Of a DNA stretch of 64,000 nt, positions 58,010 to 64,000 are shown piece by piece. How positions within the stretch are numbered: the stretch's first letter is position 1; every line of letters starts with the position of its first letter. The translations under genes were made by a program, and so were the position numbers. This stretch comes from Mycoplasmatota bacterium (lineage in GTDB: Bacteria > Bacillota_I > Bacilli_A > MAG-NZ), in NCBI GenBank assembly GCA_018394315.1, contig CP074575.1:868001-932000 (forward strand). Direction: 5' to 3'. The notes below the pieces were generated by a model. The model was not told where the DNA came from and ran no database searches. It saw only the letters and a list, made by a program, of their open reading frames with translations.

Positions 58010-58450
58010 ATGATTAATTATTTCTTAGAAATATCTCTAATTTCACTAATATCAGCCCAATCACTAAAATTATTTACTAAGTACTTTGTTACAGGTGAAT
58101 GGGATATAACTGTAATGTTCTCTACTGGTGGAATGCCAAGCTCACATACTGCTCTAGTTACTACTTTAACATTAAGTCTCGCAATGATATCAGGATTTGA
58201 CAGTATAGAATTTGCTATAAGCTTTGTTTTTAGTGCAGTAGTAATACATGATTCTATGGGTATTAGATATGAAGCCGGAAAGCATGCATCAATTTTGAAT
58301 CAAATTGCGCTTGATATTTCTCATGTTGTTAAGAAAAAAGAACTATACAACCAAAAATTTAAGGAACTACTCGGTCATAAACCCATAGAAGTTTTTGGAG
58401 GATTTGTTGTAGGTTTGATAGTTGCTTTAATCGGATTTTATTTTCTTTAA
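58010..58450 (+). CDS. Divergent PAP2 family (DUF212) membrane protein
   Basis: TGGMPSSHTA, DSMGIRYEAG.HA..LN, KELLGH.P.EV..G. Confidence 0.92.
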   Translation: MINYFLEISLISLISAQSLKLFTKYFVTGEWDITVMFSTGGMPSSHTALVTTLTLSLAMISGFDSIEFAISFVFSAVVIHDSMGIRYEAGKHASILNQIALDISHVVKKKELYNQKFKELLGHKPIEVFGGFVVGLIVALIGFYFL

Positions 58451-58460
58451 AAACATGACA

Positions 58461-59408
58461 TTAATTTGTCATGTTCTTTTTATAATTAACTATAGCTATG
58501 TCTAAATCTTTAATCAGAATATCTAATTCATCCCAAGAGTCTAAAGTTACTCCTGAAGCATATGCATGACCACCACCACGATATTTAGCAGCAATCTCAT
58601 TAACTACAGGTCCTCTAGAGCGTAGTCTTCCTCTAATAATATCTCCATGAGAATAGAAAACTGCCCATACTGGGTAATCTCTAATATACTCTAGCTTCGA
58701 TATAGCATTTCCGGCTTCTTCAGATTTGATATTTAGTTTTTCCATCATCTCAGCTGTTAACTTTAGGTAAAGTAGTCCATTATCTGTTGAATTAATCATA
58801 CTCACAATTTCAGCTTCAAGTTTAAATGCACTATAATCTTTTAAATAGATATAGTTAAACAATTTATCGGTGTCTATTCCGGTATCTAATAGATATGCAA
58901 CATTTTGGTGGGTATTTGAGGTAACTCCTCTATATCTAAATCTTCCTGTGTCTGTACTAGTACCAAAGAATAAGCACTCTGCAGCCTGTTTTGGAATCTC
59001 GATACCTTTTTCCCTGAACATATCTGTAATGATTGTGCATGTACTTGGATAATTAGAATCAATATATTCTAAATCTCCAAAATGTTCTACATGTGGATGA
59101 TGATCTATTCTTATGACATATTTACCAGTTAAAACTCGGTCATCAAAAACTCTACTTAATGAACCAGTATCAACAGATATAACTAAAGAAGTATGGAATA
59201 AATCGTCCGAAACATTTGAGGTTTCTCCCATAAATGATGTCGATTTTGTCATTTCTCCAATTACATAAACATGCTTATTAGGATAGATACTTTCAATAAT
59301 GTATTTTAAACCAAATGCAGAGCCGAAACAATCTCCATCAGGTCTTATATGTGGAATAATTATTATGTCATTAAATTCTCTTATTTTAGCAAATATTTTA
59401 TCTCTCAT
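58461..59408 (-). CDS. DHH/DHHA1 phosphoesterase (NrnA-like nanoRNase/pAp phosphatase)
   Basis: HIRPDGDC.GS, DHH, DTGRF, GGGHAYASG. Confidence 0.92.
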   Translation of the reverse strand: MRDKIFAKIREFNDIIIIPHIRPDGDCFGSAFGLKYIIESIYPNKHVYVIGEMTKSTSFMGETSNVSDDLFHTSLVISVDTGSLSRVFDDRVLTGKYVIRIDHHPHVEHFGDLEYIDSNYPSTCTIITDMFREKGIEIPKQAAECLFFGTSTDTGRFRYRGVTSNTHQNVAYLLDTGIDTDKLFNYIYLKDYSAFKLEAEIVSMINSTDNGLLYLKLTAEMMEKLNIKSEEAGNAISKLEYIRDYPVWAVFYSHGDIIRGRLRSRGPVVNEIAAKYRGGGHAYASGVTLDSWDELDILIKDLDIAIVNYKKNMTN

Positions 59409-59412
59409 GTTT

Positions 59413-60342
59413 TTACCTCTTAATCATAAGTTTTAGATCATTGATTATTTTATGTACTTCGTCCCATGTTTTTACTTTTGCACCACATGCTCTACTATGA
59501 CCACCACCGCCATATTTCTTCGCGATTTCTACTACATCAATATTTCCCCGAAGTTCAACGTATATATCGTTATTATCCTCAGTAAATGTTACCCATATTG
59601 GAACATCTTTTATATTACTCATTAGATTTATTGTACCACTTTTTAATGTGTTTAAGTCAGTATTAAAACTTAATTGGTCAGTCTTGAAGAACTTAATATA
59701 CGCAATTCCGTCATCTATTACAAAATTTGACAATACGTATCCATTTAGTTTCTTTTCTTCATAAGTTGTTACATATAATTTCTTATATAAGTAATTAATG
59801 TCAATTCCGAATGAAATTAAATAACTTGCGAAATTGAATGTGTCAGCATCAACATTATTATATAAGAATCTTCCACTATCGGTTATTAATCCCATATAAA
59901 GTAGCTCTGCAGCGGTTTTGTTCATTTTTAATTCTGAATTCATACACAAATTGATAATTATAGAGCAACAACTTACCCTTTTATTATTTATATAATATAT
60001 GTCACCATAAGGGTTATCTTGGTTGTGATGATCTATATTGATTAAATAGTCGCCATTTTTGTATCTATCATCATCTATTAAATGTTCTGAGCCTGTATCA
60101 ACCACTATCACTAGTGCATTGTGATATGTATCATCTTCTACAACATCCATTTTGTCATTATAATCATACTTGGTAACACTTGATCCAACTGTATATACTT
60201 TTTTTTTCGGATATGTATTTTGAATTAGACTTTTTAGTCCTAGTTGACTTCCATATGCATCCATATCTGGGTGTTTGTGTCGGTGAATGATAATGGTCTT
60301 ATATTCTGCTATTTTATCTATTATTTTACTAAATATGCTCAT
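59413..60342 (-). CDS. DHH/DHHA1 phosphoesterase (NrnA-like)
   Basis: HKHPDMDAYGSQ, DHH, DSGRF, GGGHSRACG; tandem paralog. Confidence 0.92.
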   Translation of the reverse strand: MSIFSKIIDKIAEYKTIIIHRHKHPDMDAYGSQLGLKSLIQNTYPKKKVYTVGSSVTKYDYNDKMDVVEDDTYHNALVIVVDTGSEHLIDDDRYKNGDYLINIDHHNQDNPYGDIYYINNKRVSCCSIIINLCMNSELKMNKTAAELLYMGLITDSGRFLYNNVDADTFNFASYLISFGIDINYLYKKLYVTTYEEKKLNGYVLSNFVIDDGIAYIKFFKTDQLSFNTDLNTLKSGTINLMSNIKDVPIWVTFTEDNNDIYVELRGNIDVVEIAKKYGGGGHSRACGAKVKTWDEVHKIINDLKLMIKR

Positions 60343-60406
60343 TATAATCAATCGTTAAATTCAAAGTCACGTCCTTGTTTCTAAAAATCTTTAAGACAAT
60401 ATCCAT
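60329..60406 (-). CDS. Putative 25-aa leader ORF overlapping the DHH start
   Basis: Strong SD AAGGAGG; MDIVLKIFRNKDVTLNLTIDYNEHI*; its stop lies just past the DHH ATG. Confidence 0.45.
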   Translation of the reverse strand: MDIVLKIFRNKDVTLNLTIDYNEHI

Positions 60407-60566
60407 TTGATTCTTCCTCCTTGTATGCATATCAATTATACCAAATAATACAAGATTATATAGAAATATTATTATTCTAAGAAGAGGTAATTATTTTCTT
60501 TTGACATAAAAATAATGTATAATTAGTAACAATCCTATCCTATTGACAATTTTTGGGGGTATAACT

Positions 60567-61403
60567 ATGAATATCGGAATCGTTGGACTAGGTCTTATTG
60601 GCGGAACTTATGCACAAAATCTAATCGAAAACCATAATGTCTATGGAATTGATATTAACAATGATTCTCTTTTATTTGCAGAAGAGTATGGGTATATTAC
60701 AAAAGGGTTTTTAGAACCAAGGGACATTTTAGGTAAATGTGATGTGGTTATTATATGTCTTTACCCGAATCAAATATACGATTTCGTGAAAGAAAACGAG
60801 GAGCATTTCAAATTAAACGCTGTTTTAACTGATGCATCTGGAATCAAAAGTAAATTAGTCGAAGAAGTAGAAGAAGTTTTAAGAGACGACTTGGATTTTG
60901 TTTTTGCGCATCCAGTTGCGGGAAGAGAGACTAAAGGGGTTCGTAATTCAGATAAATTAATATTTAGTAAAGGAAATTTTATTATTACTCCTACAAAAAG
61001 AAACAAGTTATCAAGTATAGAGTTAATTGAAAAATTAGCTAATGAGATAGGTTTTTTAAACGTTAATAAGTTATCTGCAAGTGAGCATGATGAAATAATT
61101 GCTTATACATCACAATTAACACATGTGATAGCGTTAGCTCTAGTAAATAGTGACGAGGAAAAATATAAGACTGAACTATTTATTGGAGATTCATACAAGG
61201 ATCTAACGAGAATAGCGAGTATTAATTCAGAGTTGTGGGGAGAGTTATTCTTTGGGAATAAGGAGTTTTTAGTGAATAAACTTGATCATTTTATTTCATA
61301 TCTTGAAAAATACCGTGACTGTTTAGTTAATAGAGATGAGTTGGAGATGAGTAAACTTATGGAAGAAGCTAGAATTAGATTAGGTAGAACTAATGAGAGT
61401 TAG
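60567..61403 (+). CDS. tyrA: Prephenate dehydrogenase
   Basis: IVGLGLIGG, HPVAGRE, EHD.IIA.TSQLTH, DLTRIA. Confidence 0.93.
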   Translation: MNIGIVGLGLIGGTYAQNLIENHNVYGIDINNDSLLFAEEYGYITKGFLEPRDILGKCDVVIICLYPNQIYDFVKENEEHFKLNAVLTDASGIKSKLVEEVEEVLRDDLDFVFAHPVAGRETKGVRNSDKLIFSKGNFIITPTKRNKLSSIELIEKLANEIGFLNVNKLSASEHDEIIAYTSQLTHVIALALVNSDEEKYKTELFIGDSYKDLTRIASINSELWGELFFGNKEFLVNKLDHFISYLEKYRDCLVNRDELEMSKLMEEARIRLGRTNES

Positions 61404-62649
61404 AATATCACCATCATTTCTTAAAGGTCAAATCAAAATTCCTCCATCAAAAAGTTATTCTCATAGAGCGATAATTTGTGCTGCTTTATCAAATGGTAAA
61501 AGCATAATAAGTAATATTCAATTTAGCGATGATGTGTTAGCTACTATTAATGCACTAAAAGCAATTGATGCTAAGATTGAAGTTTTAGACGATAAACTTA
61601 TAATTCATGGTGTTGATGAAATAGTATTAAAAGATAAAATAGTTGATTGTAATGAATCAGGTTCTACTTTGAGATTTATTATCCCAATATTAGCTTTATC
61701 AGGCGAAAGGTTTTTAATAAATGGTAAGGAGAGTTTATTAACTCGGCCACTAGGCATTTATGAGGATATAATTAATGATTTATCAGGTACATTTTTAAAG
61801 AAAAATTCTATGATTGAAGTACAATGTGATTTTGTTTCAAAGGAGTACCATATTCCAGGAAATATTAGTTCACAGTTCATAAGTGGTCTTCTGTTCATTT
61901 TACCACTATTAAAAGGTGATTCAAAAATTATTATTAAAGATAAATTTGAATCGAAAAATTATGTTCTAATGACAATGCATATTTTAAAGAAATTTGGTAT
62001 TGAAATTAAAATAGAAGAAAATGTTATTAAGATAAAGGGTGAACAAAAATATAAGCCAAGTGATTATTATGTTGAGGGAGATTATTCACAACTCGCCTTT
62101 TTTGCAGTTGCGGGTGTTTTAAATGGTGATATTTCATGTTTAGGAATGAATCACAATTCTCTTCAAGGTGATATAGCCATCATTAAGACTTTAAAAGAAA
62201 TGGGTGCAAAGTTAGATATTATAGAGAATGGCTTTATCTTTAAGAAAAGTTTAACTTTAGGGAAAGAGATTGACATCACTCAAACTCCTGATTTAGGTCC
62301 AATACTTGCTTTGCTTGCTTCACTTAGCGTTGGAGTGACAATAATTAAGGGTACTGAAAGACTAAAAATAAAGGAATCAAATAGACTAATTACTACCTAT
62401 AATACTTTAAAAGAATTAGGTGTTGACATAAGAATAGATAATGATAATTTAATCATTAATGGTAAGAATGAATTAAGAGAAGCAATACTAAAAAGTTATA
62501 ATGATCATAGAATCGCGATGATGGGGAGTGTATCTTCAGTTAGGTCCTTAGGAGATGTTGTTATTGAAGATGCAGAAGCAATTAGTAAATCATATCCAGA
62601 TTTTTATTATGATTTAATGAAATTAGGTGCTAAAATTATTATAGAATAG
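61393..62649 (+). CDS. aroA: EPSP synthase
   Basis: PPSKSYSHR, ESGSTLRF, SSQFISGLL, KESNR, DHRIAM, KSYP. Confidence 0.96.
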   Translation: MRVRISPSFLKGQIKIPPSKSYSHRAIICAALSNGKSIISNIQFSDDVLATINALKAIDAKIEVLDDKLIIHGVDEIVLKDKIVDCNESGSTLRFIIPILALSGERFLINGKESLLTRPLGIYEDIINDLSGTFLKKNSMIEVQCDFVSKEYHIPGNISSQFISGLLFILPLLKGDSKIIIKDKFESKNYVLMTMHILKKFGIEIKIEENVIKIKGEQKYKPSDYYVEGDYSQLAFFAVAGVLNGDISCLGMNHNSLQGDIAIIKTLKEMGAKLDIIENGFIFKKSLTLGKEIDITQTPDLGPILALLASLSVGVTIIKGTERLKIKESNRLITTYNTLKELGVDIRIDNDNLIINGKNELREAILKSYNDHRIAMMGSVSSVRSLGDVVIEDAEAISKSYPDFYYDLMKLGAKIIIE

Positions 62650-62662
62650 AGGATATGTAACT

Positions 62663-63658
62663 ATGAAGATTACTATTTATGCAAGTACGACTTATGATGT
62701 AATTATAAAACGTTCTATCTTAGATGAACTAGATAAGCATATTGATTGTACAAAGGAAACAGTTATTATAACTGATAATTTAATCCCAAAAGAATATGTC
62801 TCAAAAGTATCTTCATATTTTAATGCGCCTTTAGTAATTGAACTCCCTAGTGGAGAAAATACAAAGTCATTTGAGCACTATATTAATCTCATGACTAAGT
62901 TAGTAAATAAGAATGTAACTAGAGCTGTTCAAATAATTGCCTTAGGCGGTGGAGTGATAGGAGATTTATCAGGTTTTGTAGCTAGTACATTTATGCGTGG
63001 AGTCGACTTTATTCAAATTCCAACTACTCTTTTAGCACAGATTGATAGTAGTGTAGGTGGAAAGGTTGCTATTAATCATTTAAGGAAAAATATAATAGGT
63101 TCTTTCTACCAACCTAAAAAAGTAATTATTGACCCTGACACACTAAAAACATTAGAAGATAGACAATTTAACAACGGTGTAGCAGAGATGATTAAGTACG
63201 GATTAATCTATGATAAGAACTTATTTCGAAGAATATTAAACGAAGAAATAAAGAGTAACATTGAAGAATATATATATAGGTGCATAGAGATTAAAAGGGA
63301 TATCGTTGTTGAAGATGAAAGAGATTACGGGAGAAGACACATCTTGAATTTTGGTCACACAGTAGGGCATGCCGTTGAGGTGTTAAGCGATTATGGGTAC
63401 TTACACGGTGAAGCGATAAGCATTGGAATGGTAAGTGTAATTAATGATGAGAGAATTAAGAAAGAAGTTATAAAGGTTTTAAGAAAATATTCTCTGCCTA
63501 CTCACTCTAATTTTAATATTGAAGATATAATTGATAAAGTTAAGAACGATAAAAAAGCTATAAATGATAAAATAAAAATAGTTCTCCTAGATGATATAGG
63601 AAAAGGAAGAATCAAAGAGATTAGCATAAGTGAACTTAAGCAATATATTAGGATGTGA
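62663..63658 (+). CDS. aroB: 3-dehydroquinate synthase
   Basis: GGGVIGDL.GF, PTTLLAQIDSSVGGK, LNFGHT.GHA, HGEA. Confidence 0.96.
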   Translation: MKITIYASTTYDVIIKRSILDELDKHIDCTKETVIITDNLIPKEYVSKVSSYFNAPLVIELPSGENTKSFEHYINLMTKLVNKNVTRAVQIIALGGGVIGDLSGFVASTFMRGVDFIQIPTTLLAQIDSSVGGKVAINHLRKNIIGSFYQPKKVIIDPDTLKTLEDRQFNNGVAEMIKYGLIYDKNLFRRILNEEIKSNIEEYIYRCIEIKRDIVVEDERDYGRRHILNFGHTVGHAVEVLSDYGYLHGEAISIGMVSVINDERIKKEVIKVLRKYSLPTHSNFNIEDIIDKVKNDKKAINDKIKIVLLDDIGKGRIKEISISELKQYIRM

Positions 63659-63662
63659 TTTT

Positions 63663-64000
63663 ATGAATAGTTTTGGAAAAGCCATAAGAGTAAATATATT
63701 TGGTGAATCCCACGGACAATTAATAGGGATTACAATCGATGGATTACCTTCTGGGATTAAGTTAGATCTTGATTATATTAAATCAGAACTTGATAAAAGA
63801 AGAAGCAAAACATCACTTACTACACCAAGAAGGGAAAGTGATGATTTTGAAATTGTCAGCGGGTATTTTAATGGCTTTACATCTGGTTCACCTCTTACCT
63901 TCTTAATAAAGAATAATGATGTTAGAAGTAGTGATTATGATAAATTTGTGTTAAGACCTTCACATGCAGATTTTACCGCATTTACAAAATATGATGGGTT
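63663..64000 (+). CDS. aroC: Chorismate synthase (3' truncated by window)
   Basis: ATG 63663: MNSFGKAIRVNIFGESHGQLIGITIDGLPSG...RRESD...RPSHAD. Confidence 0.93.
   Translation, partial: MNSFGKAIRVNIFGESHGQLIGITIDGLPSGIKLDLDYIKSELDKRRSKTSLTTPRRESDDFEIVSGYFNGFTSGSPLTFLIKNNDVRSSDYDKFVLRPSHADFTAFTKYDG

Noticed and set aside
7720..61006. Numerous short antisense ORFs (e.g. 7720-8106, 10153-10503, 12605-13069, 38213-38599, 49314-49763)
   Set aside because: Shadows of well-supported genes on the opposite strand; no SD or motifs.
1..64000. CRISPR array, tRNA, rRNA, prophage or defence genes
   Set aside because: No regularly spaced repeats, cloverleaf or rRNA-like GC-rich blocks, or phage/defence motifs were seen.

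Overview
A 64-kb, very AT-rich (roughly 30% GC by eye) bacterial chromosomal segment read in genetic code 11, with most genes on the + strand. The gene content suggests a low-GC Bacillota organism or a basal, free-living Mycoplasmatota (inference only). 1-12 kb is an accessory region where intact genes (epimerase, P-loop kinase, ABC exporter, esterase, PadR/DUF2812, GNAT) alternate with decayed remnants (VOC, internally deleted TetR, AraC-GyrI, IS200 tnpA, DUF3795-like, lipoproteins). 12-25 kb holds an Asn T-box-asnB-MBL hydrolase unit, MFS/ArsR, typA, a compact SAM-I riboswitch before metNIQ, an ABC-2 exporter and DUF4438. The most notable locus is 25.7-31.8 kb: an XRE-HTH/TPR (RRNPP-like) regulator faces an unannotated 38-aa secreted pre-peptide. 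These are followed by an HD-GYP phosphodiesterase, a SipW-type signal peptidase with a large membrane N-domain, a DUF5305-like membrane protein and two convergent TasA/CalY-like proteins. Together they form a candidate peptide-quorum-sensing and c-di-GMP-linked surface-fibre/biofilm module. 32.8-64 kb is mostly housekeeping: glpP plus a glycerol-3-phosphate oxidoreductase trio with two GlpP-type leaders, actP, a ThiT-like protein, topB, SOD, CapA, an SplB-like radical SAM enzyme, a NatAB-like ABC exporter, tldD/tldE, MarRs, MATE, an RNA methyltransferase, two tandem DHH phosphoesterases and tyrA-aroA-aroB-aroC (cut by the window end). No tRNA, rRNA or CRISPR array was seen. Family assignments come from motif recognition by eye, not from database searches. 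Several starts were moved downstream of the ORF track to codons with a Shine-Dalgarno (SD) sequence.
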